NCBI RefSeq assembly: GCF_004010195.1
Contig: NC_057719.1
Span: 57,577,023-57,641,022, forward strand
DNA length: 64,000 nt
Direction: 5' to 3'
DNA from: Chiloscyllium plagiosum
Lineage: Eukaryota
Below are positions 1-12,429 of the stretch, in pieces; within the stretch, counting starts at the first letter, position 1; every line of letters begins with the position of its first letter. Under the pieces are notes generated by a model. It ran no database searches. It saw nothing but the letters and a program-made list of their open reading frames with translations, and had not been told where the DNA came from. The position numbers and the translations under genes are program-made.

Positions 1-3000
1 TTGTACTCAATGATTTTTTTTCTTGAATAAATAGATTAGAGACAACAAATGTCAATGTTTATTTAAATTTGTATTCACATAAGGCCTTATCGTAATGAAG
101 TTAACTGTACTTCTCTTTACTCTTTTGCTATTTGTTCTTACAAAATATCGTTTGCAGTTAAATTTGGTCTCCTGCGTGGCCGGCTAGTAAGATTTTCGTC
201 AGAGTATAGTTTTACTACAACCTTTATTATACACGAAAACGTAAAAAACAAGAAGAATAACTATCATAATATTTTATTTTAATCAAGCGATATATACAAA
301 ATTATTTAGATCTTAGAAGTACACAATATCTACTCGGTATTTGTTTAAATCAAATCTCAGTATAGTTAGAAAGATATAAACAGATTAAGCTAAAAATCAG
401 AATCCATTTGAATTTGCCAGATAAGATCCATCAACAAAAATGTGTGTAATGTCCGGTATTACCTGTAGCAAAAACGGCCCTGCTTGACAAGTCTGGCGAG
501 AATCTAGCGGCCTACCTACCTGATTTTCGGAATTCCATTTTAATGCTATTCAGTCAGTAAAGATTACACTGCGGGTAGTACCATTTCTGTTTTGGATAGT
601 TTAAAAAAACAATTTTTCTGTGTCAGACTGATGTATGGTTTCGATAATTATTGTAAACTAAGAATTTTCACGATTTGATGTAAAATTATTCACTGTCCTG
701 TTTATGGTTTCAGAAACAATTTAAACTGACAATTTAAGGAAGTATGGATATGCTTTTCCGCAATAAGCCGAATATATAAAGATATGTAACATGTATAAAC
801 TTAAAACGAAAGTAAGAGTAATTAGATATCTTAAACATTTTAAATAAAGGATACGAAAACAATACCCGGGCTTCGCAATCTGGGAGGATGTCGGTTGGCC
901 ATGATGACGGATAATAATTTTCTTTCTGAATCCACGGTCTATCGCTCAGTAACAAACTAAAAGCGCTACATCACTTCAGAGCGTTCCTTTGGAAATAAAA
1001 GAAACTGCAAGAAAAAAAAATGATGATCACAAAGAAAGCATCCGAATTACAAAACTGAACTTGAATGCATTGTCTTATTCACATCTATTGTTACGGGTAA
1101 ACGTGGATACCGCTGGAAAATAAATTTTAAATGAAGTGTAACTTTAGTTTCATCATTTAGTTCTGCAAATTAATTATACTTCGCCTGAGCACCGTTGTAC
1201 TGCAGTTTTATTCCTCCACTTCAATGTTCTATTCGTACATAGGAAAGATACAAAGTATTTAAATTGCAATTTTTCGCATTTGTTTTCAAAATCATTATCT
1301 CTCCTAAAAGGTATCCGTACTATTGTACCCTGTATTGTGCTAATTTTCTACACAGATAATCGCAAATGATAGGTCATATAATTTTAAAACAACATTTGCC
1401 TTGTATTTCAATCACGTCTAAAAATAGAAGACATTTTCCTGGAGTACAGCAGCGCACCGCAGCAAATGTACTGCCTTTCATAAGAACGCCATTAGCTGAT
1501 TTAAGTTAAAGTATAATTCAGAGTGTTTTATAGAACGTTTAGAAGTGCAAGTAGTCATCAGAATATAAATTCATACTTGAAGCTTGTCAATACTGTTCCT
1601 ACCTTGAGTAGTGCAATTCTTTCACTAAAGAAATTCATTCGGCCACCTCCATAACATCCTCAAAGTGTCTGTCGGACTGAAGCGACAACAAGTAATTCTG
1701 GAAACACAGATTTAGTTCCAAATCTAAATTAACAGCATTAAACTACACAATATTAATGATCGCTTATCACGGTCTGAAACTTACCTTTACTATATTTCAT
1801 TATTCTTTGCGTAGAAAGGGAATTACATGTCACCACACAAATTAACTGCCTGATCTTAAAACAAAAACGAATTAATACTTCGACTGCCAGTTCTTTCATT
1901 TGTTATAAACAATTGCAAATTTGAAGCGCGCTGAAGCCCGATCTTTTCCAGGAATTCGACATGTATTGACGAAAAGTGTTAGGCACACCTTTTTAACAAA
2001 CACTGACGCTTTGACCTACCTGATAGCCTCAATTTCCCGAGCACCCAGACAACTGAAAATCTTGAAATAAGCTGTGACCTTAATTTAAACAGCTCCCAGG
2101 TCAGCTGCAGTTTTGTGCATAGATCGGCGTGGAATGGTTAGTGCCAAATAAGTCAAAACATTGATAGCATTTAACTAACTGTATACCCGCGGTGTATATA
2201 AAACAGTTATCAATCAAGTATGGTCTCAACCTTCTCTTGCAGCATTTCCTGATACAGTGGTTTTTAATGTTCACCCCTAAACTCTTCGTTTATGAATACC
2301 ATCTATTGGAAGGCCCAGGCCTGAATGACCTCTCAGTTTTATACATCGCTCAACAAAATCATGTCGTTTGTGTTTGGCTCTCCCCAGAACTCATTGGTAG
2401 TGGATTTGGAATTATTTCGAAGTGTATAATTTCAAATGAGTTTTCCACTTTTTTCAGCTGATTAAAATGTAACAATGTAAGGGCCAGTTTAAAGGACCCT
2501 TAACAAGTTTTAAGGTTGTTGGTGTGCAAATTTGAAAGGCGATAACCTGAGCCGTGATAATTACATTTATTTCAGTGAGACTAATAGCAGACAATTTAAT
2601 TCGAACTAATCATCGCGATAAAAAAGGCATATGTTCAAAAAGTGAGTTAGAGTGTGCTTCGTCCAATCCAACCTTGTAAATATTTGGTCCTCCTTTGATG
2701 AAAAGGTGATCATTTGCACTGGGGATTTTTGTGCAAATATCGATCAGCTCTGCTGTCTGTCATTGAAACAACTCCTGGTTTGCTATAAAATTCGATCCTG
2801 TTGTTTGTTAATAATCAAACATGAAACGACTCACGTCATGAGCACAGAGTTTATCTTTTGTGCGAAAGTGCATCTGACCTTTTAACACTGAACAAACTCC
2901 GGGCCGCCATAGGCAGAAACATTAAATATAGCTTACAATTCCAATTGGCGAGTTATATTTGCCAGTTCCTTACTACGGCCTGTAAATGGCCTCTCTCATT

Positions 3001-4099
3001 TAGTCTAATCGCTATATTTCCAATCCCGATGCCGAAAGTGATGACAATATTGAAGCATTTACACTGATTCGAATTGTGTTTTCAAAAAGTTCGACAGTGA
3101 GGCTGACTGGCGAAATCAGTTACTCAAATTCTTGCTGAGATTAAATCCCAGCACGGCCACCGCATCTGAATTAAATAATGACAGTGAAGCAGATCACTGG
3201 ATCGTGTAATATGAACAGGTTTCAATCTCATGGAAATGCTCGCAAACTGTCCCGATTTTTGCGAGCTGATTTTTACATCGGCAGGAGCTGGCCGTGCGAC
3301 ACGGAGATGGCTGCCTTTTACCCACAGCAAACAACTGAGATTTCCTTAATGCCAAAACAAACAGTGTCTTCCATGCAGAAATTATACTTGATCGTTCTAA
3401 TTGAAATGCACTTTGGCCTCATTAACTACTTTAACTTTAATTCACTCTGTGGAATTAATTCAAAATAAATATCGGGGAAGCGCTCCAAGTGTTTAAATCA
3501 TCACTGTTCCATTCTGCAGTTTAGCGTCAACCCACAAATTGAACTTTCTAACGTTTGACATGTGTGGACTTTGAACTATTGGTTATCATCAGCGCCAGTA
3601 AAGGACCAGATTATTCTGTCTGTGTTTAGAATGTGGGGCGATAATTACGTTTCAATGGTAGTAGTGTTCATGACAAAGTATATATACCGGAATCAAATAA
3701 TTTTCTAAGTAAAATTCTCAGCAGGCCTCTCCATCCGTAAAACAAAATGCAGCATAGAACATGGCAAGACAATATCACAAGTCTTTTGTATTTCCAGTTA
3801 ATGTTAAATCAAATATACCATCGGATTCAAAAGCTTTCATCTAGATAAAGTAGTTAAGCTTTTAGTTACCCACTGTCCCCTAAAAGAAATCCTGGGAAAA
3901 TCAGTGGAGATTTCGGAGATTACCTGCTGGACTGACTGGAACATATTATCCATTACTTCTTTATCCAATTTATGTAACTGAAACTATATAATCGTTATAA
4001 ATACAGTGCGGTGAATTCTAATGGCGCGGCTCGTATAGGTAAATTGTAATGGTAAGAACTAAGGGAAAGATACAATGATCTTCAATAAAACATTTGTGG

Positions 4100-4760
4100 T
4101 TTTGCGGTTTAGGGTTTCATAATTTATTAGAAGCTCTCAGAACTATATTTATACCAATCATCTATTTTAAGTTACAACAGAAACAACTTTCATACGCCGG
4201 CAATAACGAACAAACTATCAAATACTGTACACGCTGAGTCCATCATGAAAACAGTTTTTACAGCATAATATACAAATTCCTAAAAACTATAAATTCGGCC
4301 CAGGCATGTGCATTTTACAGAAATATACACCTAAGTTTTATAGTAAAAACTAAGAAAATGCCAAGTCGTGTTAAATAAACCTATTTCTTTTCTTCCCGAG
4401 GTGTCATATTTTTGTTAACACTATTATGTTTGCGAAAGCGTCATTCTATAGGAACCCCACAAAAATGTTATATTTCCAGATCTTATACTGTATACGGACA
4501 GATCTGTGCTTCATAAGGTTCAGCCTATCTCTGAATATGGAGCAACCGCTTTCACTGTGATATTATAAGTCCAGCCAGCAATGTGTGCATTTCAAGTCTA
4601 CAAAACAAAATGAATTTACAGCGTTTTGCCTTCACTTCAGCCGGAGCCTCCTTCTATATTGATGCACATCTACGCAAATTAGTACCCGGAACACTTTACC
4701 AAAATACAGCAGATATGAATCAATACAACATGGTGTTAAAACACAAGCCAAGTGAATTAT
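4100..4760 (-). other. NKX2-1: NKX2-1 3' UTR with polyadenylation signal (AATAAA at 4128-4123)
   Basis: The + strand TTTATT at 4123-4128 lies in the context ttctgttgtaactta...aaatatagttc...agcttctAATAAAttat (minus), which matches my recollection of the end of the human NKX2-1 mRNA. Confidence 0.7.
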
Positions 4761-5431
4761 TCACCAGGTCCTACCATACAGTAAAGTAGAGCATGACATG
4801 GCTGTACCATAATCAGAGCTAGAAGAGTTTAGGTGAGACAAGCTAGTGACGTGGCTTTGGATAGACGAAGGACTTCCTGAGGTTTGTCCTAATTCCGATG
4901 TCTGGCCTGTGTTATTAGCTTGCTGGCTTGCGCCGTGAGCAGTGCCATTGGTAGCCACTGTGATTGATGTGTTGGTAGATTGCTGTTGTTGGGTCTGCAT
5001 GGTCGTGGTTGGGGCATTGACACCCCCTTGACATGGTTTGCCGTCTTTAACCAGGACGGGCACAGCCACTCTTCTCGGAGATTGTTGCTGCTGTTGGCAA
5101 GTGCTGTTGTCCTGCTGCATGTGCTGCTGAGCAGCCTTGTCTTTAGCTTGCCGCTTCATCTTGTAGCGGTGGTTCTGGAACCAGATCTTCACCTGAGTGG
5201 GCGTGAGATGGATCATGCTGGCTAAATGTTCCCTTTCAGGGGCTGAGAGGTATTTCTGCTGCTTGAAGCGCCTCTCCAGCTCATAAACCTGGGCTTGCGA
5301 GAAAAGCACTCTGCGTTTTCTCCTTGGTGTACTTTGAAGTGGAGCCATGGGTTTGCCAACGTCTCCAAGAGAACCCAAAGCGCCCATTCCCCCCATGTTC
5401 ATTCCTGAGGATGGGGTCATGAAACGGGAAA
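4761..5431 (-). CDS. NKX2-1: NK2 homeobox 1, coding exon 2 (homeodomain, NK2-specific domain, C-terminus)
   Basis: Acceptor ...tcactctAG|TT (AG at 5433-5432) restores I-S-R-F-M. Homeodomain [59 protein letters not shown] has Tyr54; NK2-SD is [18 protein letters not shown]-terminus [27 protein letters not shown] is NKX2-1 type. Spliced CDS is 1050 nt = 349 aa plus stop. Confidence 0.95.
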
Positions 5432-6334
5432 CTAGAGTGAGAATTAAACAGGATAAATTTAGACAAAGGCGTTTGAAACGGAGTATGCATGCAAAGTTAA
5501 TATTACTAAAACGACATATGGGTATGTTCAATCCAGCATAGCTTTTTCGGAATAAAATAGCCGAAACACATAGCGGTGTTCCATAAAACTAACCAATTAA
5601 ATAAGCATTTTAAAGTTTTCTTATCATAATTTTTAAGTGTTCAATATCCATTGAGTGCTTTTTGAATGAAACGGGGTGCTGATATGGATTAGGAGGATCC
5701 GATTTTAAGAACTCGATACAACAAAAATTGTCCAAATTGGTAAAGTTTTCATTGTGGTTAACCGATACTTTTACCGAAATGTTGCGACTGTGCAAGAATA
5801 TACATCTTAAGTTTGCATATATTTACCTTTTTTAAAAAGAAGTTACATTTATACAACTTTGGGAAAGTGCATTGGATTTGTTTAAACATTTCTCAATAAA
5901 GATAACATTATTATTTAAGTGTGCCCTGGGAAAATATTCCCTATTATATTTCGCACAACGCTGATACGCTGTTTAGACAGTTAAAGCCGTTAACTTGGCC
6001 TTATTAATACAGTACTTTAAACATAAATAAAAAGCAGTGTTGCGAGAAACTGCATTGTAAAGGATTACTTCCCCTGCCATGTATTTACACCATAAAATAT
6101 TCTAAAAAAAAGGCACGTGAACTAAAACTACACCAAAGTAATAGTTGTACCATCTATCAAAGCATTTGCGTGCGTCCTCATTAATAAAAGATTAAAACCC
6201 GCAAAACTCATGATTTGGAAATACTGATCTCTGAACACTATTTTCATAAAATGGGCACACTTGCAACCTTTTGCACGTTGGATGTCTTGTCTTTTGACTA
6301 GTCTTGTTTATTAGAAACTAATTATTCCACTTAC
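5432..6334 (-). other. NKX2-1: NKX2-1 intron (903 bp, GT-AG)
   Basis: GTAAGT donor and CTAG acceptor; the join preserves the reading frame. Confidence 0.93.
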
Positions 6335-6713
6335 TTGATGAAAAGCGTGGATCGGGATTCGTCCCGTACCAGCCTGTCGCACTTGCACTGTTCCTCATGG
6401 TATCTTGGTAAGCAGGGAGCTCGCCCATATTGCCAATATTGCTAATATTGCCGTTGCAGTAGCCTCCCATAGCTGCATGTGAAAGCTGAGGGACCCCGTG
6501 TGACATGTGGTAGGTCGCCGCAGGAACCGACGTATTATGTCCGATCGGGTGTTGCTGCATGCCCGGCTGGGAGACCTGTGGCTGCCGGTAACTTGTCAAG
6601 TGAGCTCCGAGGTTACCCGCTGCGTCCATGCCAACTTTCTTGTAGCTCTCCTCGATGGGGCTCAAAATATCTGAAACTGAGAAGGGCGTAGTATGCTTGG
6701 GGCTCATCGACAT
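6335..6713 (-). CDS. NKX2-1: NK2 homeobox 1 (TTF-1), coding exon 1 (TN/eh1 motif and N-terminal activation region)
   Basis: ATG at 6713-6711 gives [19 protein letters not shown]...[14 protein letters not shown] canonical GTAAGT donor starts at 6334 (minus strand). The exon is 379 nt, phase 1, at the same position as the mammalian intron as I recall it. Confidence 0.95.
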
Positions 6714-7020
6714 GGTTCAGCAGCGAAGTAGGCAAATTTGTTGAACGGATAAACAGTGTTATGTTAGCGCCGATCTTGTGGACGTACACGTAAGAGAATG
6801 ATTGAAGTCCGCCTTAATTGTATTAAGTCGAGGCTATAGACCTGCGAGCGCCTAGCTTTTGTTTGTTGTAGCCAGGCGCCAGGTTTTAGACAGACAGGAG
6901 AGGCGGGGCATGAGCGCAAACGAGCAAACAATAGAGCTCAACATCTTGCTAAGATAATTAGGTAACATGCTGATGGCAAGGTAAATACTTTTCAGTTTGC
7001 CTTGCCAATATATTCTACTT
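6714..7020 (-). promoter_or_regulatory. NKX2-1: NKX2-1 proximal promoter / 5' UTR conserved block
   Basis: Minus strand reads TATTTACCTTGCCATCAGCATG (forkhead-type site), CTAATTATC (homeodomain site), GCCCCGCCTC (GC box), AAAACCTGGCGCC, CAATTAAGGCGGAC...TTACGTGTAC...CAAGATCGGCG. These blocks resemble the human proximal promoter as recalled. Confidence 0.75.
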
Positions 7021-10000
7021 TTAGTGAAATATTAAATAACGTAGCATTTGGGGGCTTCCGTTTATCTGTAAAGGATGCAAACTGAGATTTCATTGCATTC
7101 TTAATGGTTATGTTTAACGCTGACTTTTGATGTCACAGATAAAGCCTGAGGATAATTGCATTTTTAGGTCTTTTTTTCAGAATGGTTACATTTTACTTAA
7201 GCAATGTAAACGTGGACTTGCTACCTTGGAATAACCAAATATCTTCAGTCAGAGAGACAGCATAAATGCTTGCTCGCTTTAGGACTGCTCGATATTAATG
7301 CGTAAGAATCATTTTGCTTCAATTCAGGGCTCTTATTCAGCAGCCAAGAAGTCTTCCAGGAGAAAAAAAGGCTCCCGCATGAGTTAACACCGTTCAAGTG
7401 TAAACCTCTGCCCTGATTGTACTTCAGATCTCATGGAGGCGAGATTTCCACAAAATATAATGTTAGTTTTATTCTTGAAGCCACAAGTTCCATGTCCCTT
7501 GCAGCGTCGCAGCATCAATTTACCGCATCCATCCCTCTGATAATGTAGCAACATTTAAAATATACCTACAGACGCAAAATGCACGATTTGTAAATTTTCG
7601 TTTGACGCATGATAACTTTTAGCAAATCACCAAAAGCATTCTGACTGGCGTCTGTACAATCCTTTGAAACTGTTATCGACACTTTGATAACAGATATTCC
7701 GGTCAGAAATCAGATTGACAGTGGGTTTTACAAGTGTTGTATACAGTATGTTTGTTTAACTCGTGGCTTGTAAATTGCCATTCTATTACTAAGAAATATT
7801 AACGTATTTGCGAGCAATTTTTGACAAGTTTGCACTAATACACAAGAGGTACATCTCTATTCTTGGTGTGTTCTATTGGTTCCTATGTTAATGATGATTC
7901 CCACCTCTCGCCAGTCACTTGCGTCTCCCCAAATATTTTACAATTTGCTACTTAAAATGTAATCATACTATTTATCACAATAACGTTTCTTATATAACAA
8001 GCTTCAAACAAAGAACGTACTATTTTGCGAAATAATTAGTTTTAAGGCAGTCTTTATTCACTTTATTCACATTATAACCGTAACCATATGAGAGACCATT
8101 GCCTGTAGAAGGAGGATTATTGTTAGAGCCTAAACTCAATTTTATGTTTGATATGACAAATTTAAAACTCTCTAATATACACGTTTTTAGCTGTTGGATG
8201 ATATATTTACTTGTTGTGAATCGACCTTCGAATTAACAACAGCTAGTCGTTGTAATACTGCACTTAATCTCCGATTTTAAAGCAACGATTGGTTGGTGAT
8301 TTTGTTAATTGCATTATATTCAGAACATTTTCAACTACTTGATAATCCACATGGTGATGTGAAAATTGATTCTTTTTTTGCCAATATTAACGCACATTAC
8401 TGCTTCAACTACTGAAATATTTGCTTATTATTGCAGAAATAACGTACACAATCTTACCCTATTATTGACCCTATTCTTTTCCCGGCTGTTATGTATTAAC
8501 CAAGAAGGGATGATGTGCAATGTGCTGGCTCATAAAATCCTTTTTTAGAATGGTGCAGTCCTTTCTCTGGTTATGCGTACTTCATGGAAGGCTGCATCGA
8601 GATTGTTCAATAGCTTCTGACCTTACACAATCCAGTTGATAACACTCGAGATGCCGTACTAGGCGAGATAATATTGTCAATCAAATAGCCCCAAACTTAA
8701 TGCAAACAGCCCCTCTAAGGCGACGATGTTTTATTGATGGGTGGGACAAGTCGGAAACAAGCTTATCCATATCATGCTACATTTAAAGAATAGATTAATC
8801 TAATTTTAAACAGTTATTGGCACGCACATGAAATATACATTATTTGGCATACGTGTACTTCGAATAAAAGTTTAGTTTGCCTCGATTTTCTCTGGTCCCA
8901 CCTTGAAAATTAGTACCACGTAAAGTATAGTCATTTGAAAATGGATTGAACATTTTTTTCTAGTAGTTGTTGTCGTATTCAATTTATGGAATATAGCATT
9001 TTAATCGTTTTAACTGAATGGCATTGCATTCTCTGTTTCATCCAGCATTAAACGATCGTCACAATGGTCAGATACACAGAACCAAAACCCTTTAATTGCC
9101 TTTTTAAGTATAATTAGTGCTATTATAGTGAAAATCATAATAGCGATATAGCAGCGTGTTACGCTAATTTAGGATTTCTGACAAATGAGACATCCAGTGA
9201 GCTGCTGTTAATCGCCGAACTATGTTTTGCTGAACTGTGTGAAAGGCTTTCCCCCCTTCTCTGATCACAACAGGCTGAGTACTGAACAGAAGAATTCATG
9301 ATGTTTGAAAAGTTCAAGATAAGTGTATTAACTGGTTATGTTCAATTACACCTTTGTAAAGAGTCGCAAATGTATTTTCAGTTGATTTTTTTTTCTCTTT
9401 TAACGTCTATAATCTGTTTGTATAAATGTGATTCTTTATCGGTGTAAAATATTTTAGCAAAGGCAACCCCCGCTATCAAATTAAGTTTAAGAACATATAT
9501 TCAAATGTGGTTTGTTTGAAATCTGTTATTCCATGTAAGAGAGACCAAGTTCGCACAAATCATTTTATGTAAATGTCTGTTTATAAACAAATTAACAATT
9601 TGCCCGAGGTTATCTGAAGGTGGCAAATATTTGAGTTCTTAACCTTCCCACCAGAGCAGATATACACAATGCTTTTGGTGATTTGCTACAAGTTATCATG
9701 CACCATTGTGGATAACTGAAGAAATTCAACAATTTCGAAATATAACAAGCAAAATATGTCGTTGAATCACGTTAGTGATGTAATGCAGGCTAATACATTG
9801 AAGTGCCTAAGAACATTGGAATTTCGCGTCTGCGCGAGAACGAAATTCAAATCCAGATGCCATCATCCGGATTTAGTAAACTGGGTTAAACGTGGTTTGC
9901 AATTGTTTGGAAGTACAAGCATATGTTAACATTGGTACTTGTTAGCTGTCACACTTGACTTTACCAGCTTGTTAATAAACTCTCAACTCTATTGTAAGCG

Positions 10001-11164
10001 CAAATTGATGCTGAACACATGGATGTACCCAGAAGTTCACAACTTTTAGCACAGATATATATGGAACCACAAGGGAAAGTTGTTTTGATTGTAATGCATA
10101 CTCGCGACAATTATACATCCTGCACTTGCTCGATGATTAACTCAAGAAAGTAACATCAACAAACAACAGAATTAATTAGCAGAACGCGAAGCCAATAGAT
10201 ACTATACACGACAGCATAGAGCGTTTCCAAATCACGGCACGTCCTACTTCGCGACTTTGTAATTCTCAGCAGCCCAGCAACAATTAGTAACACTGCAGTA
10301 GGTCGATAGCAAGTGAGGTATCTCTTTGAGAAATCCCATTTAATGGAAACTGAACGCGAACAGCGGCCTCTGTTGATGGTTTCTACTTGCAATTTATTTA
10401 GCGGAGAATGTACGATGTCAACCCAATTCTTTCTCTTCATTTCCAAATTTTATCTGGAGATGTAATTCAGACTTCTTTTGGTAATAAAAGATGAGAAAGT
10501 GTTCTGCGGAACCTTCGCTGTAGAAAAAAAAAGGTTGTGATCAGACAGCAAGGCCTGAAAACATTCTAATTCTGCCCGGTACACAGTTTCTTTCTTTAAA
10601 CCCCATTCAACTCGAGAATGATATCAATAGATAACTCCGATATTATTTCCAACACAACAGCGGGAATTTTGCTGTACTCAGACTGCAGGTGCACGTCAGT
10701 TGTCAAACCATGTTGTACGGCAGCCGATGCCCACGTTTAGTATTTTGATCGGCATATACAATTTGAACATTCATATTCGAAATGTACAAAATGGAGCTTT
10801 CCAGGAAATGTACTGCCTCGTTCAGTAGTTAAATAATTCCGTTTACATCATGAGTCAATCTGATTTGAATTACATCCTTTATATCATTTTGAAGTACACA
10901 GTAAAACTCCTTTCGACTGTAATGCTTTCAAGAAACTTTAACTCGTACATTAGCTCGTGATAATTTGTGAGAAGTTAAAGTAAACGAAGTTATACATATA
11001 TAACATTTAATGTATGGTTGAGTGACAAGATTCAAATTTCTCTTACAAACATTCTCTCTTAAACAAAGTGTAGTATGCTACAGATAATGGCGCATGCTTC
11101 ATTTTAAAAGTACAAAAACGTTTGATGTAGGGTCGTTCAGCGGAACAGAAAACCCGAATAATAG

Positions 11165-11500
11165 AGCAGGCGCGGGTAATGCTGTATGTGCAAATTATCT
11201 TGAATTTCAAAAGATCCTCGATTAGATCCTTATATTAGACCAATGCATAAGGTTAGAGAATACGGGAATCAGGGAACAAGTGGCAGAATGGATTGCTAGC
11301 TGGCTTCAAGATAGAAAGCAGAGAGTGGGAGTAAAGGCTAGTTATTCAGTGCCAGAAGGTGCCAAGCGGTTTGCTACAAGAATCAGTACTGGAAACATTG
11401 CTATTCATAATTTACATTAATGAGTTAAACTTTGGAAATCAATTTCAGTGTTGATTATTTGGGTACTGAAGGGTCTGTTTCCATGCTATATGACTCCATG
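11165..11500 (+). mobile_element. Old CR1 LINE RT fragment plus short CR1 3' tail
   Basis: Degenerate RT-type segment (...tggcttcaagatagaaagcagagagtgggag...) followed by tail gaagggtctgtttccatgct...tgactccatga. Confidence 0.6.
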
Positions 11501-11599
11501 ATCTGAAATGTTAACTCACTCTCTATCTGTGCAGATGCTACTTGGCCAGTTAACTATTTCCAGCTTTTTCTGTTCTGATTTTGAATAAGTTTTGACTCA

Positions 11600-11807
11600 G
11601 AGCTGAAAATGTGTTGCTGGAAAAGCACAGCAGGTCAGGCAGCATCCAAGGAGCAGGAGAATCGAGCAGGAGCAGGATTCCTGAAGAAGGGCTCATGCCC
11701 AAAACGTTGATTCTCTTGCTCCTTGGATGCTGCCTGACCTGCTGCGCTTTTCCAGCAACACATTTTCAGCTCTGATCTCCAGCATCTGCAGTCCTCACTT
11801 TCTCCTT
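11600..11807. mobile_element. Fold-back Penelope-tail mini-element with degenerate hammerhead motif, flanked by a 14-bp TSD
   Basis: Inverted arms gagctgaaaatgtgttgctggaaaag...caggtcaggcagcatcc / ggatgctgcctgacctg...cttttccagcaacacattttcagctc. Direct repeat TAAGTTTTGACTCA at 11586-11599 and 11808-11821. Confidence 0.8.
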
Positions 11808-12429
11808 TAAGTTTTGACTCAACCTACCATATTAGAGCAAGATGATTTCAACATGTTTGAATGTGCTAAGTGTTTTAATGATTTACAGTATCATGTGAAA
11901 GTTATATAATCTTACTACACAATACAAAACTGTAAAGATACAGAGGGGTACAGTATAACAATACATTCTGTTGATTGTGGTAGCAGCAGTGACAATCAAG
12001 CTTTCACTTCACACACTGAATATGGGTCATTGCTAATAATTGTAACTACAATAGGGTTAAAATCTAATAGTTTCAGACAGTATTGTAGAATTTGTCTTGA
12101 CATTGTAATGAAAATATTTAAGATACTTCAATTTAAGCGTTAAAGTTCAAAAGTATGTTTTTTTTTCTGTTTAGAAGTCAGAAACATTTTGAGATGTGTA
12201 CTGTCATCTAGGTCAATGTCAGGCAACCAATATTATTTTTGTGTTATTTTGATAAAACAAAGTGCCAATTTAAAAAAGCAAGCAAATATTGTATGCACTG
12301 TACATACGAAATTTTGTATTGCAAAGCATTTCAAACATAAACTCCACAGACAGAAGTGCACAACCAACAACCATAGTATGTTGACCACTTGCTGGATGGT
12401 AGGATTTTAGATTATATTATATTGTATTA

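Noticed and set aside
5432..5531. N-terminal extension MNIPICRF...LTLV of the 256-aa ORF
   Set aside because: Intronic read-through upstream of the exon 2 acceptor; not homologous to NK2 proteins.
4980..6691. Plus-strand ORFs antisense to NKX2-1 (4980-5225, 5347-5541, 6479-6691) and a possible NKX2-1-AS1 equivalent
   Set aside because: Shadow ORFs of the coding strand; sequence alone gives no evidence of an antisense transcript.
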